A DNA stretch of 53,832 nucleotides, taken from contig JBGPVE010000001.1 of the NCBI GenBank assembly GCA_041491545.1, positions 1 to 53,832 of the forward strand, given 5' to 3'. The notes under the pieces were generated by a model. The model did not search any database, was not told the origin of the DNA, and saw only the letters and a list, made by a program, of their open reading frames with translations. The position numbers and the translations under genes were made by a program. Source of the DNA: Gemmatimonadota bacterium. Lineage in GTDB: Bacteria > Gemmatimonadota > Gemmatimonadetes > Gemmatimonadales > GWC2-71-9. Shown here piece after piece: positions 8,693-18,145 of this stretch (position 1 is its first letter; each line of letters opens with the position of its first letter).

Positions 8693-9702
8693 GCGGCAGG
8701 CACCCCACTGACGAGGGCGGCGGCGAAGCGATTGCTCTCCGAGCGGGCCAGTGCTTCGTCGACGATACGGTGGACCAGCTCATCATAGTCCCAGCCGAAC
8801 GCCTGGCCCATGCGGGCAAGGCCCGCATTGCTGGACAGATCGGGGCAGGGATTCACCTCGAGGACGTAGGGCTGGCCGTCTTCGGTGACGCGGAGATCGA
8901 CTCGACCGTACCCCTCGGCGCCGGACATGAGCTCCCAGGCGCGCCACGCGGTCTGGGCGATCCGCTTGGCCTGATCCGACGGAATCTCCGCCGGGCAGAC
9001 CGGCAGGGTGCCGAGGTCCTCGGCGCTGCCGGTCTGCCACTTGGCGGCGTAGGTGACGATCGGCCAGCTATCGGTCGGCATGGCGTCGAACCGGATTTCG
9101 GCGATGGGCAGCATCTGCTTGCCGACGAATCCGACGTTGAACTCGCGGCCCGGCACGTACTCCTGGATCATCACCTCGTCGAACTGCTCGGTCATCTGGG
9201 CCACCCGCTTCCGGAGCGCCTTGCGGGTGGTACAGACGGCGTTGCCGTCGATGCCGACGCTCGCATCCTCGGCGGCGGGCTTGACGATGGCGGGGATCGG
9301 GAACTCGCTGGGCAGCGAGTTGCTGCCCTGGGCCAGGGCGAAGCTCGGGATCGGCACGCCGCCGTGGGAGAGCAGGGTATTCGCCACGTGCTTCCGGTGG
9401 CAGACGGTGACCGGCCAGGAGCGGCAGCCCGTGAACGGGAGCCCGGTGAGCTCGAGCGTGCTCACGACGAAGTCTTCGTACTTGGCGTGCCCGTTGATCC
9501 CCTCGCAGAGGTTCACGATGACGTCGGCGCGCCGGGCGCGGGAGAGCCAGCGGAACTCGCCTAGACGCACGGGAACGAGCTCGACCTCGTAGCCGCGCCG
9601 CCGGAGCGAGTTCCGCACCTCATGCACGTTGCTGAGGACCGCGGCCACGTCCTGGGCGCTCCACTCGGAGCTGCCGGCGTCATAGATGATCGCTGCTCTC
9701 AT
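8689..9702 (-). CDS. ATP-grasp ligase, D-Ala-D-Ala ligase-like (copy 2)
   Basis: Ddl-like architecture (IVKPAAEDASVGI, EVMIQEYVPGREFNVG, GYGRVDLRV, VLEVNPCPDLS). I place the start at ATG 9702 because it forms an ATGA overlap with the upstream stop. The track start at 9747 is 15 codons longer. Confidence 0.8.
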   Translation of the reverse strand: MRAAIIYDAGSSEWSAQDVAAVLSNVHEVRNSLRRRGYEVELVPVRLGEFRWLSRARRADVIVNLCEGINGHAKYEDFVVSTLELTGLPFTGCRSWPVTVCHRKHVANTLLSHGGVPIPSFALAQGSNSLPSEFPIPAIVKPAAEDASVGIDGNAVCTTRKALRKRVAQMTEQFDEVMIQEYVPGREFNVGFVGKQMLPIAEIRFDAMPTDSWPIVTYAAKWQTGSAEDLGTLPVCPAEIPSDQAKRIAQTAWRAWELMSGAEGYGRVDLRVTEDGQPYVLEVNPCPDLSSNAGLARMGQAFGWDYDELVHRIVDEALARSESNRFAAALVSGVPAA

Positions 9703-10775
9703 GAGGCTACCTCTGCCAGGAGTGAACGGCCGCTGATTCTGCGCCACGCGATGTCCGCCGCAGTGCAGATCAACTCGTCGTATGACATCCCGGCCGCTGC
9801 CGCGGCCTTCGGGAAGCAGGAATTGTCCCGGGGATCGGGCAAAATGCCCGGCAACGGGTTCAATTCGACGACCATCGGACGACCGGCGGCGTCACAGCGC
9901 AGATCCACGCGGCACCAGTCGCGACAATCCAGAGCATGATACGCTTCGAGCGCGGCGGCTCTGATCGACTCGGCGAGCGCCTCGGGAATTCGCGCCGGGC
10001 ACTCGAAGATGTCGAGCGGATGCGTCGGCGTGTCCCAGAGCCACTTGGCCTCGTAGCCGTAAATCGGGGGCGCGCCGGCCGGGAGACTGTCAAAACACAT
10101 GCCGACGACGGGCAAACAGCGCGCCTCCTCATCGTTGCCGAGGATGGCCACGGTGAATTCGGGGCCCGCGAGATAGGTCTCGATCAGCACCGGCTCGCGA
10201 TAGGTGGCGAGCAAATAGTCCACCTGCGTGATCAACTCGGCCCGATTGTGACAGAGGCTCCGGCTTGAAACCCCCTTGCCCGATCCCTCGAACGCCGGCT
10301 TGACGAAGAGCGGGAAGGGAAGGCGAGTGCTCCGAGCGTCCGCGGTGGTGCGCGCGAGACGAAAGGGCGCGGTCGGCACGCCGTACTGCTGGAGAATCTC
10401 CTTGGCGCGTCCCTTATGGAGCGCCAAGCCGAGCGTGAGCGGATCGGACGCGTGATAGGGCACGCCGAAGAACTCGCAGATCGCGGGCACGTGGCTCTCG
10501 CGATTCGGGCCGATGAGCCCCTCGGCGATGTTGAACACGAAGTCGGGGCGATAGTCGACCAGCTTCTGGGGAAAGTCCTGATTGGCCTCGAGGCGGATGA
10601 CTTCGCCGAGCGTGCTCAGCGCCCGTTCGACCGCGTCGATGGTGCTCGGGTCGTCCCACTCGATGTAGAGATCGGGCTGCGGAAGATCGGGTCGGAGCGC
10701 CCGACTGGAAGGTTCGTCGGAAGGAGAGGGGTCGGTCACTGCGCCGGCGGTGGTGGCCGGAGCTTCGGGCTTCAC
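9699..10775 (-). CDS. ATP-grasp ligase, D-Ala-D-Ala ligase-like (copy 1)
   Basis: Ddl-like motifs (LFVKPAFEGSGKGV, VLIETYLAGPEFTVAIL, DWCRVDLRCD, VVELNPLPGI). GTG start at 10775 with a low-complexity N-terminal extension, so the exact start is uncertain. Confidence 0.8.
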   Translation of the reverse strand: MKPEAPATTAGAVTDPSPSDEPSSRALRPDLPQPDLYIEWDDPSTIDAVERALSTLGEVIRLEANQDFPQKLVDYRPDFVFNIAEGLIGPNRESHVPAICEFFGVPYHASDPLTLGLALHKGRAKEILQQYGVPTAPFRLARTTADARSTRLPFPLFVKPAFEGSGKGVSSRSLCHNRAELITQVDYLLATYREPVLIETYLAGPEFTVAILGNDEEARCLPVVGMCFDSLPAGAPPIYGYEAKWLWDTPTHPLDIFECPARIPEALAESIRAAALEAYHALDCRDWCRVDLRCDAAGRPMVVELNPLPGILPDPRDNSCFPKAAAAAGMSYDELICTAADIAWRRISGRSLLAEVAS

Positions 10776-10818
10776 GTTGTAGGCGAGACCGATCCGAACT
10801 GGCAGAAGCTTCCTCTAC

Positions 10819-10846
10819 AAAAAAGGCCGTCCCCAAGAGACGAGCC
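10819..10846 (-). terminator. Candidate intrinsic terminator (short hairpin plus T6) downstream of thyX
   Basis: The minus strand reads ...TCGTC-TCTTGGG-GACGG-CC-TTTTTT. The stem is weak (about 5 bp). If it terminates efficiently, little room is left for a promoter for the ATP-grasp operon. Confidence 0.3.
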
Positions 10847-10936
10847 GAGTCGAAGTGACTACCTCATGGACTTAAAGTAAGAAAAACAATTCGGACGCAC
10901 AAGAAGGCAGGACATAATGGAAGGTGAGGGGTGGAT

Positions 10937-10956
10937 GGTGAAAAGGTGCTTTCACC
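10937..10956 (-). terminator. Hairpin GGTGAAA-N6-TTTCACC immediately after the thyX stop
   Basis: A 7-bp inverted repeat read directly, 8 nt past the TGA at 10964-10966. There is no U-tract, so its function is uncertain. Confidence 0.3.
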
Positions 10957-10963
10957 GCCGCGC

Positions 10964-11716
10964 TCACACCTTGTGGTAGCCCACCCGCCCGCACTCGGTG
11001 CCATCCGCGGCGCGATAGATCTCGATATCCGCGAAGAGCGATGGCGCCTCGATCTGCAGTCGCCTGAGGCATGCGACGGCCATACGGCGAATCTCGAGCT
11101 CGGCGCCTTCGCCGAGGCGGAGCTCGAGCATCGTACGCCAGGCCCGGACATTCGCGCTCACTACGATCTTCACTTCCGTGGCGTTGGGCAGCACGCTGCG
11201 GGCGGCCTCGCGCGCCAGCTTCCGGCGGTGCACCCGATCTTCCACCCAGGAGTACTTCTCCATCAATCGCTCGACTGCGGCGACGTAGGCCGTCTGAGCG
11301 GCCTCCACCTGCGCGGTCCAGTCGGCCTCGAGCCGAGCATCGCCCTGGATCGCTGGAGGCATCACGAAGGCGGCGTGGGACTCGTCCACGTAGCGTTGCG
11401 AGAGCTGGGAGTAGCCAAAGCCGGCTCGGTGGCGGACCAGCTCGTGGCTGCACGAGCGCGAGATGCCTTCGATCAGCAGCACGTACACGGCGTGCTCGAA
11501 GACCGACCCGTGCCCTTGCCGCAGGATGTTCTGTAGATAGTCCCCGGTCGTCCGACCGGCCGGATTGTGCTGGCTCATGTAACAGAGCCGGCCGGCGAAC
11601 TCCGCGAGCCGCTCTCCGTCGGTCGCCTCGCCTTTCCACTGCACGGGCAGATGCGCGGGCTCCACAAACTGCGGGCGGGCGATGAGGGTGATGCCGGGCT
11701 CGCGGATGATGTCCAT
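10964..11716 (-). CDS. thyX: FAD-dependent thymidylate synthase ThyX
   Basis: ThyX signature ELVRHRAGFGYSQLSQRY. The start is trimmed to ATG 11716 (MDIIREPG) because the upstream gene ends at 11751. Confidence 0.9.
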   Translation of the reverse strand: MDIIREPGITLIARPQFVEPAHLPVQWKGEATDGERLAEFAGRLCYMSQHNPAGRTTGDYLQNILRQGHGSVFEHAVYVLLIEGISRSCSHELVRHRAGFGYSQLSQRYVDESHAAFVMPPAIQGDARLEADWTAQVEAAQTAYVAAVERLMEKYSWVEDRVHRRKLAREAARSVLPNATEVKIVVSANVRAWRTMLELRLGEGAELEIRRMAVACLRRLQIEAPSLFADIEIYRAADGTECGRVGYHKV

Positions 11717-11750
11717 AGGTCGGGATGAGCGTAGATGAGGAGTTGAGGCG

Positions 11751-13391
11751 TTATCCGTCGGCGATCTCGAGCCGCGGCCGCGCGTATCCACCGCGCCGCT
11801 CGATCTCCCGCAAAGCGTCGGCGATGTCCGACGGCAACGGCACCGCGCCGGCGCCGGCCTTGAGCCGTGCCACCGGCGGCTCGCCGGACGGAAGGATAAT
11901 GCCGGGATTGAGAATTCCGAGGGGATCGAAGCTCTCCTTGATCCTTCGGAAGAGTCCCACGATCTCGGCGCCATAGACCCGCTCCAGAAAGCCGGCGCGA
12001 AGCCGACCGTCGCCGTGTTCGCCGGACGGCACGCCGCCGAGCCGGATCACGAGGTCCGTGACCTCCTCGAGCAGGCTGCTCACTGCCTGCTCCCAGCCGG
12101 GCCGCGCCACCTCGGGGAGCAGGTTCACATGCACGTTGCCGTCGCCCGCGTGACCGAAGACCACGACCGCGAGCGCCCGGGCCCGCGCGGCGCGGCGGAT
12201 GCCGGTGACGTAGTCGCCGATCCGCTCGACCGGCACGCACCCGTCCTCGATCACTTGCAGCGATCGCCGGTCCGGCGGCAGGCCCGCGAGAATCGGACTG
12301 GCGGCGTGCCGCAATCGCCAGAGGCGCTCCGCGTCGGCCGGGGCGATCGCCGTCTCGGCTCGGGCGGCCAGCAGGCGCGTCTCCGCCGCGGCCAGCTCGA
12401 CGATCGCGGCCAGGCGCCGAGGATCGTCGCCCTCGAACTCGACGAGAAGGATGGCTTCGGCGTCGGCCGACGCGAGTCCGGCGACGTCCTCGCCGCCATG
12501 CTCCGCGACCAGCTCGAGAAAGGTTCGGTCGAGCAGCTCGACGGCCGACGCCTGAAGCGCGACGAGCCGGCGCACGATGTCGCCGAGCGACGCGTAGTCG
12601 GCAAGCGTGAGCCGGAGACCGGCGCGGTGGCGCGGTACCGGGTCCAGTCGCCACTCGACCTCGGTGATGAGCCCGAGCGTTCCTTCGGATCCGATGACGA
12701 GGTCGAGCAGGTCGCCCGACCGGAGGAAGGCATCCAGCGCATATCCCGACGAGTTCTTCCGCGTCCTCGGATAATGCCGCTCGATCCGCGGAGCCGCGGC
12801 GCGGATGGCGGGCTCGACCTCCGCGATGAATCGGCGCGCCGCGGCAACGCGCCCCGGCTCCATCATGCCACCGCCTCGGCGAAACTCCGCCAGCTCGCCA
12901 TCGACCGTCACCAAGCGCACGGCCTCGACCCACGCGCGCACGCTGCCGTAGCGCACCGAACGCGCCCCGGCAGCGTTGGTCGAGACCACGCCGCCCGCCG
13001 TGGCCCATCGCCAGCTCGAAGGATCGGGCGGCAGCCGAAGCCCGTGCGGCGCGGCGGCGGCGTCCAGCTCGCCGAGACTGGCGCCTGCCTGCATCACGGC
13101 CCGGCGTTCGTCGGATCGCACCTCGATCCGTGGTCCCGCCATGGCCGTCAGGTCTACGACTACGCCATCGCCCACGTTGCCGCCGCCCATCGCGCTTCCG
13201 GCACCGCGAGCCACCAGGGGAACGCGTTCGGCGGCGGCCCACCGGACCAGGGCCAGGAGATCGTCGGTGTCGGCGGGGAGGCAGACGGCGCTGGGGACGA
13301 TACGATAGATGCCAGCGGCTTCAGCGTAGGCAGCCCGCGCCCGTTCATCGGCTCGAAATGGGCCTCGAATCGGAGGCTTAGAAGGCATCAT
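11751..13391 (-). CDS. FAD-linked oxidase (GlcD/D-lactate dehydrogenase family)
   Basis: FAD-binding PCMH-type motifs (VPLVARGAGSAMGGGNVGDGVVVDL, YALDAF, GDGNVHVNL, GEHGDGRLR). Confidence 0.85.
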   Translation of the reverse strand: MMPSKPPIRGPFRADERARAAYAEAAGIYRIVPSAVCLPADTDDLLALVRWAAAERVPLVARGAGSAMGGGNVGDGVVVDLTAMAGPRIEVRSDERRAVMQAGASLGELDAAAAPHGLRLPPDPSSWRWATAGGVVSTNAAGARSVRYGSVRAWVEAVRLVTVDGELAEFRRGGGMMEPGRVAAARRFIAEVEPAIRAAAPRIERHYPRTRKNSSGYALDAFLRSGDLLDLVIGSEGTLGLITEVEWRLDPVPRHRAGLRLTLADYASLGDIVRRLVALQASAVELLDRTFLELVAEHGGEDVAGLASADAEAILLVEFEGDDPRRLAAIVELAAAETRLLAARAETAIAPADAERLWRLRHAASPILAGLPPDRRSLQVIEDGCVPVERIGDYVTGIRRAARARALAVVVFGHAGDGNVHVNLLPEVARPGWEQAVSSLLEEVTDLVIRLGGVPSGEHGDGRLRAGFLERVYGAEIVGLFRRIKESFDPLGILNPGIILPSGEPPVARLKAGAGAVPLPSDIADALREIERRGGYARPRLEIADG

Positions 13392-13455
13392 AGGGAAAGC
13401 TAGGACGCCGCTCCCTTGCCAAGCAAACGCGGAAACACGAGAATACTCCTCTCAT

Positions 13456-14250
13456 ATGCCCGATCCACCGCGCGCGCAGCTCATCCATATAGAGGTAGAC
13501 CGCCGACTCGGTCACGAGTGGGACGAGTGGGATGGCAAGCCGCTGCCGCGTCAAGGGGACTACGACTCGCCGCCACGGCTCTTTTTCATCTGGTCGGCCA
13601 GCGCGCTGATCGTGTTGGGAGGCGTGGCGGCCGCGCTCATCTACCTGCTGGGCCCGCGGCTCGCGCTCGTTCATCCGGCCATCCCGCGGGTGCTTTGGGT
13701 GGCCTGGCTCGTGGTCGGGGCCGCGCTGGTCTCCTGGTGGGCGCTCGTGGCGCTGGCCTTCATTCGGGGCAAGCCGATGCTACCCGAGCGGCTGGCCGAG
13801 CGGGGACCGTTTCTCCGGCTGATGCGGCTCACCTCGCGAATCGCCAATCGGTTTGGGCGTCGCGATTGGGTGGAGAACGCGGCGGTCAAGGTCTACAACA
13901 CGCTGGCGCTCGCGCGGAGCCGGAAAGTCGGACGCGGCGAGTTGCTGCTCCTCATCCCACGCTGTCTCTCGAAGGAAACGCTGGATGGCGTGCTCGGCAT
14001 CGCCGGCAAGTACGGCGTGCCGGTCTTCGTCGCCACCCGCGGGCAGCTCGCCCGCCGAGTGATCCGGGAGCGGCGCCCACGCGCGGTCGTGGCGGTCGCC
14101 TGCGAGCGCGATATGGTGAGCGGGCTGCACGACGTCGCCGGCAGAGTTCCGGTGCTGGGTCTCACGATGACCCTACCCTCGGGGCCCTGCAAGGATGCGA
14201 TGCTCGACTTGGGCCAGCTCGAGGAGTGGGTGAAGGCCTACGTGCTGTAA
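13456..14250 (+). CDS. Membrane protein, DUF116-like
   Basis: Two N-terminal TM helices, then LLLIPRCLSKE...VAVACERDMVSG...GPCKD. This Cys pattern resembles DUF116. The family assignment is from memory only. Confidence 0.6.
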   Translation: MPDPPRAQLIHIEVDRRLGHEWDEWDGKPLPRQGDYDSPPRLFFIWSASALIVLGGVAAALIYLLGPRLALVHPAIPRVLWVAWLVVGAALVSWWALVALAFIRGKPMLPERLAERGPFLRLMRLTSRIANRFGRRDWVENAAVKVYNTLALARSRKVGRGELLLLIPRCLSKETLDGVLGIAGKYGVPVFVATRGQLARRVIRERRPRAVVAVACERDMVSGLHDVAGRVPVLGLTMTLPSGPCKDAMLDLGQLEEWVKAYVL

Positions 14251-14265
14251 CCTCGATGCGCCGAC

Positions 14266-14832
14266 TCACGGATTCGCGCTGCTATCGTGCGGTGTCGGTG
14301 CGGGAACGGGCTGGCTGTCGACAGGCTGACTGTCGGCGGCCTCCGCGGGCGGCGGCTCCCCGAAGCGGCGGCTGAGCTCCTTCAGCACCGAATCGACCCG
14401 AACGGCGATCGGGTGGTCCTTGGGCAGCGAGCGTTCGAGCTCGCGACCCGGAAGCGAAGGGTCGGCCAGAGGCCGATAGACCGACTCGATTCGCACGTCG
14501 CTGTGGCCCACCCGTCCCGGTTCCACCCAACCTCGCACTCGCACGATCTCCGATCCGAGAGGCCGCCCTCGCGCCGGCGCTCCGTTGTCCGCGTCGAACC
14601 AGGGCGTCTCGACATACCCGTCGCGCGGCTCGACCCGGGCGACGGGTATGGAGTCGGCCAGCAGCACCTCCGCGAGCCGGCGGGTCGCCTCCGGCACGGG
14701 GAGCTGGACCTCGGCACTGGGTGTGCCGACCAGCGGGTCGAACGCGGGACGCGTGGTTGCCAACTGGCAGGACGCCAGCAGCATGGTTCCGACAAGCAGC
14801 ACGCCCCCGGCGATCGGCGCTCCGAGATGCAC
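14266..14832 (-). CDS. Hypothetical lipoprotein
   Basis: GTG start. Signal plus lipobox (MLLASC-QL). Coding-like codon bias. Confidence 0.55.
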   Translation of the reverse strand: MHLGAPIAGGVLLVGTMLLASCQLATTRPAFDPLVGTPSAEVQLPVPEATRRLAEVLLADSIPVARVEPRDGYVETPWFDADNGAPARGRPLGSEIVRVRGWVEPGRVGHSDVRIESVYRPLADPSLPGRELERSLPKDHPIAVRVDSVLKELSRRFGEPPPAEAADSQPVDSQPVPAPTPHDSSANP

Positions 14833-14837
14833 CGGCG

Positions 14838-15455
14838 TCAGTCCTTGTGCGGTGGCGTGCCGGGTGGGTGGGTGTGGCTCGGTCCCGCGTCCGAATCCGC
14901 GTGGGTGTCCGAATCCGCATGCGCATCCGGCTTCGGATCTCCGGCCGCCTCGCCCGGATCCGCCCCGCCGTGGTGATGATGGCTCTCCGCTCGGTTGGTG
15001 AGTTCCGCGCGTAGCAGGTCGTTGGGTACGCCGGCCGCGTGCTCGAACACGAGCTCGCCACCGTGGTGGCCGGTCGCCGCCAGCACGCCGAGCCCCGCGA
15101 GCGAGATCGCCAGGACGACGCCGCGTTCGCCTCTTCCCATCCTCCGCTCCCGCGCGAGCCGCCAGATCGCCACCACGGCGAAGATGCCCATGGTGTAATA
15201 CGCCAACTGCTGGTGCTCCTCAATGACGGCGTGCATGGCTGGCCCGTGGTCGATATGGTCCTCGGCCTCGAGTCCCGCGCCCAAGGCGGCGGCGGCACCG
15301 ACGACGCCGATCAGGAGTAGCGTCCGGCTCATCAGTCGGAGGCTCTCCTTCTTGAGAAGGAAGGAGGCCACCTCGAAAAGCACGGCCGTCGTGAGAAGGG
15401 CCACCGGCAGCGCGGTGAGCATGGCGTGGAGGCGGGGCCAGTCGTAGCCGAGCAT
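14838..15455 (-). CDS. Membrane protein (DUF2231-like) with His/Asp-rich C-terminal tail
   Basis: The start is trimmed to ATG 15455 because hbd ends at 15466. Four predicted TM helices. The tail is ESHHHHGGADPGEAAGDPKPDAHADSDTHADSDAGPSHTHPPGTPPHKD, encoded partly by the short DNA repeat gtccgaatccgc. Confidence 0.6.
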   Translation of the reverse strand: MLGYDWPRLHAMLTALPVALLTTAVLFEVASFLLKKESLRLMSRTLLLIGVVGAAAALGAGLEAEDHIDHGPAMHAVIEEHQQLAYYTMGIFAVVAIWRLARERRMGRGERGVVLAISLAGLGVLAATGHHGGELVFEHAAGVPNDLLRAELTNRAESHHHHGGADPGEAAGDPKPDAHADSDTHADSDAGPSHTHPPGTPPHKD

Positions 15456-15465
15456 CGGGTCTCCG

Positions 15466-16356
15466 TCAGAGGCCGAGGTCAAAAGGAACGGGCGGGTCTG
15501 CGGTGTAGTCGTAGAATCCCCTGCCGCTCTTTCGCCCGTAGAGGCCGGCGAGCACCATGCGCCTGAGCAGCGGAGGCGGCGCATAGCGGCTCTCCCGGTA
15601 TTCGTCGAACATGATCTCCGCGATCTTGACCGTCGTGTCGATGCCGATGAAATCCAGCAGCGTGAGCGGTCCCATCGGGTGGCCGCAGCCTAACCGCATC
15701 GCGGTATCGAGGTCGGCGGCAGAGCCCACGCCCCGCTCCAGCGCCCGCACGGCGTCTAGCAGATAGGGCACCAGGAGCAGGTTGACCAGAAAGCCCGAGG
15801 TATCCTTGGCCGCCACCGGCTCCTTGCCCAGGCTCCGCACGAACGTCATGCCCTGCTCGAACGTCTCCCGGCTGGTGCCGATCGCGCGGACCACTTCGAC
15901 CAGCGGCATCAGCGGGACCGGATTGAAGAAGTGCAGGCCGAGGAACCGATCGGGGCGCCGGGTGACAGCGGCCATCGCGCCGATGGTGAGGCTCGACGTA
16001 TTGGACGCGAAGATGGTCCCCGCCGGGCAGAGGCCATCCAGCTCGGCCCAGAGTCGGTTCTTCGCTTCCAGCTCCTCGGTCACGGCTTCGATGATCAGGT
16101 CACACCCAGCGAGCGCGCCCACGTCGGTGGTGAACGTGAGGCGACCCAACGTGCGGTCCCGTTCCTCGGCGCTCAGCTTGCCCTTGTCGACGAACTTGCC
16201 GAGCGAGCGCTCGATGCCGGTGCGGCCCTTGGTGAGCGGCACGTCGGCGACCTCGCGGGCAATGGCCCGGTACCCGGCCGCCGCGACCGCTTGCGCGATG
16301 CCGCTGCCCATGAGCCCGCAGCCGAGGACGCCCACCGTCTGGATCCGACCAGCCAT
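15466..16356 (-). CDS. hbd: 3-hydroxybutyryl-CoA / 3-hydroxyacyl-CoA dehydrogenase
   Basis: NAD-binding VGVLGCGLMGSGIAQ. Further motifs are FASNTSSL and GLHFFNPVPLMPLVEV. The start is set at ATG 16356. The longer track ORF runs through the neighbouring gene. Confidence 0.9.
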   Translation of the reverse strand: MAGRIQTVGVLGCGLMGSGIAQAVAAAGYRAIAREVADVPLTKGRTGIERSLGKFVDKGKLSAEERDRTLGRLTFTTDVGALAGCDLIIEAVTEELEAKNRLWAELDGLCPAGTIFASNTSSLTIGAMAAVTRRPDRFLGLHFFNPVPLMPLVEVVRAIGTSRETFEQGMTFVRSLGKEPVAAKDTSGFLVNLLLVPYLLDAVRALERGVGSAADLDTAMRLGCGHPMGPLTLLDFIGIDTTVKIAEIMFDEYRESRYAPPPLLRRMVLAGLYGRKSGRGFYDYTADPPVPFDLGL

Positions 16357-16382
16357 CGATCCCGCTCTCCGCGAAGCGCCGT

Positions 16383-17210
16383 TCAAGACTTGAGCGACCG
16401 CCGGATCTCGTCCAAGAGATCCAGCAGGCCAGACTTTCGGCTCGGCAGCTCGCGCGCCGGCTTGCCCGTGCCCTGCTCCAGATGATCCAGCGCCCGCTCG
16501 AGCCCGAGCAGCACCCGCGCCGGCACCGACCGGTAGCGCCGCAATGCACCGTAGCTGAGCCCGAGCCCGAGGGGAAGCGGCAGCAGGGCCACCGGAAGCA
16601 GCGCACTCATGACGAGCAGGGCCGCCGTTGCTCCGATGCCCACGGTCGCCGCGCCGGCCGCCGTACCGACGTGCGCGCCGCGCATCGGTCGAACGTCGGC
16701 GGCGAGCGCCGCATGAGAATAACCGGGCTCGAGCTCGGTGATCGTGGCGCTGACGGTGGCGACTCGGGAGAGCATAAACGGCCGCTTGCCACTGTTGAGC
16801 ACCGCAGTGGATCGCCGGATCGCCGCCTGGAGTCCGCTCAGCGGCTCCCAGCTGATGCGTCCGGGCTGCTGGCGCTGCACGCAGAGCAACTCGCTCTGCT
16901 CCATCCACCGGAGCAGCATCCGCTCGACGGTCGCGCTGTCGCTCCGGATCACGCGATGCGTGCTCACCGTGCCCGGTCCGATGACGCGATCGAACAGATC
17001 GAGAGCCGGCTGATCGGGCAGCCGGGTTCGCTCCTCCAGCAACGCCTGCTGCAGGTAGCGAGCCGGGATCCCGACCTCGCGACCCAGTGCGAGAACCTGG
17101 TCCGGGGTTAGGCTCTCACCGATGTCACGCTCGTCCGTCTGCAGCTCGGCCGCGCGCTGAATGATCCGTTCGAGCGCGGCGCGGTCGATCTGCGGGAGCT
17201 GCTCACCCAT
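16383..17210 (-). CDS. Hypothetical membrane protein
   Basis: Soluble helical N-terminal part, then two or more hydrophobic helices ([28 protein letters not shown]). Its ATG overlaps the SPFH stop by 8 nt. Confidence 0.55.
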   Translation of the reverse strand: MGEQLPQIDRAALERIIQRAAELQTDERDIGESLTPDQVLALGREVGIPARYLQQALLEERTRLPDQPALDLFDRVIGPGTVSTHRVIRSDSATVERMLLRWMEQSELLCVQRQQPGRISWEPLSGLQAAIRRSTAVLNSGKRPFMLSRVATVSATITELEPGYSHAALAADVRPMRGAHVGTAAGAATVGIGATAALLVMSALLPVALLPLPLGLGLSYGALRRYRSVPARVLLGLERALDHLEQGTGKPARELPSRKSGLLDLLDEIRRSLKS

Positions 17211-18135
17211 CCTGTCCCTGGCCCGCCTGCCGGGCCGATTCCAACTTGAGTCGCTGCATGAGGTCCGCCAGCTCCTGGGCGGGCAGGGTGCTCCTGCCTT
17301 CGGGCGAGCCGAGCCCCGACTCTGGCGGAGCCGGAAGGGCTGCCGCGCCGGGCACGCTTATCTGCGGGAGCGGGACCGGCGCCGCAGCGGCGCCGGCGGC
17401 CGCCGCGATGAACGGGCGGAACATCTCGATCGGAATCGGGAAGATCGTCGTCGAATTGTTCTCGGCGGCGATCTCGGTGACCGTCTGCAGGTATCGGAGC
17501 TGGATCGCGTTGGGCTCGGCGCCAAGGGTGCGGGCCGCCTGCGCCAGCGTTTCGGATGCTTGGAGCTCGCCCTGCGCGGCGATCACCTTGGCGCGCCGCT
17601 CGCGCTCCGCTTCAGCCTGGCGCGCCATCGCCCGCTTCATCGATTCCGGCAGGTCGACATCCTTGACCTCGACCGCCGACACTGCGATGCCCCACGCTTC
17701 GGTGCGCTCGTCGATGATCCGCTTGAGAATGGCGTTGATCTTCTCCCGATCGGACAGGAGCTCATCCAGCTCCACCTCGCCCAGCACCGACCGCAGCGTG
17801 GTCTGCGCCAACTGGCTCGTGGCGTAGAGATAGTCCTCGATCTCGATCACCGCCTTGGCGGGTTCCGCCACTTTCATGTACAGCACCGCGTTTACTTTGA
17901 CGGAGACGTTGTCGCGAGTGATGACGTCCTGCGGCGGGATGTCGAGCGCGACGATGCGGAGCGACACCCGCTTCTGGGTCGCAAAGAGCGCCGGCAGGAA
18001 GATGAGACCGGGTCCCTTGGTGCCCCAGTAGCGTCCCAGGAAGAAGGCGACACCGCGCTCGTACTGTTTGAGCACGCGCAGGCTGCCGAAGAGGTAGACG
18101 ACGGTGAACGCGAGGCCGGCAGTCAGGATCTCCAC
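17203..18135 (-). CDS. SPFH/band-7 (stomatin-like) protein
   Basis: Stomatin signature region ([66 protein letters not shown]). GTG start at 18135 is preceded by AAGGA. The track start at 18243 would overlap the thiolase. Confidence 0.85.
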   Translation of the reverse strand: MEILTAGLAFTVVYLFGSLRVLKQYERGVAFFLGRYWGTKGPGLIFLPALFATQKRVSLRIVALDIPPQDVITRDNVSVKVNAVLYMKVAEPAKAVIEIEDYLYATSQLAQTTLRSVLGEVELDELLSDREKINAILKRIIDERTEAWGIAVSAVEVKDVDLPESMKRAMARQAEAERERRAKVIAAQGELQASETLAQAARTLGAEPNAIQLRYLQTVTEIAAENNSTTIFPIPIEMFRPFIAAAAGAAAAPVPLPQISVPGAAALPAPPESGLGSPEGRSTLPAQELADLMQRLKLESARQAGQGQDG

Positions 18136-18145
18136 GGGGAATCCT

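Noticed and set aside
10850-10935. AT-rich stretch between thyX and the ATP-grasp operon, considered as a possible sRNA or micro-ORF (an 18-codon frame MSCLLVRPNCFSYFKSMR on the minus strand)
   Set aside because: There is no SD, no convincing promoter/terminator pair bracketing it, and no way to test conservation here. It is more simply the promoter/terminator spacer.
11717-11974. N-terminal extension of the thyX ORF
   Set aside because: It overlaps the 3' end of the FAD oxidase gene and has off-frame composition. ThyX homology begins at MDIIREPG (ATG 11716).
11575-13242. 555-aa minus-strand ORF rich in Arg/Gly/Ala/Pro
   Set aside because: It is an alternative frame of the same strand as the FAD-linked oxidase gene (11751-13391), which has clear family motifs. 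The composition is off-frame-like.
16357-16908. N-terminal extension of the hbd ORF (track 15466-16908)
   Set aside because: It runs through the separate membrane-protein gene 16383-17210 in another frame. The extension is Arg/Ala-rich. The NAD-binding fold begins right after Met at 16356.
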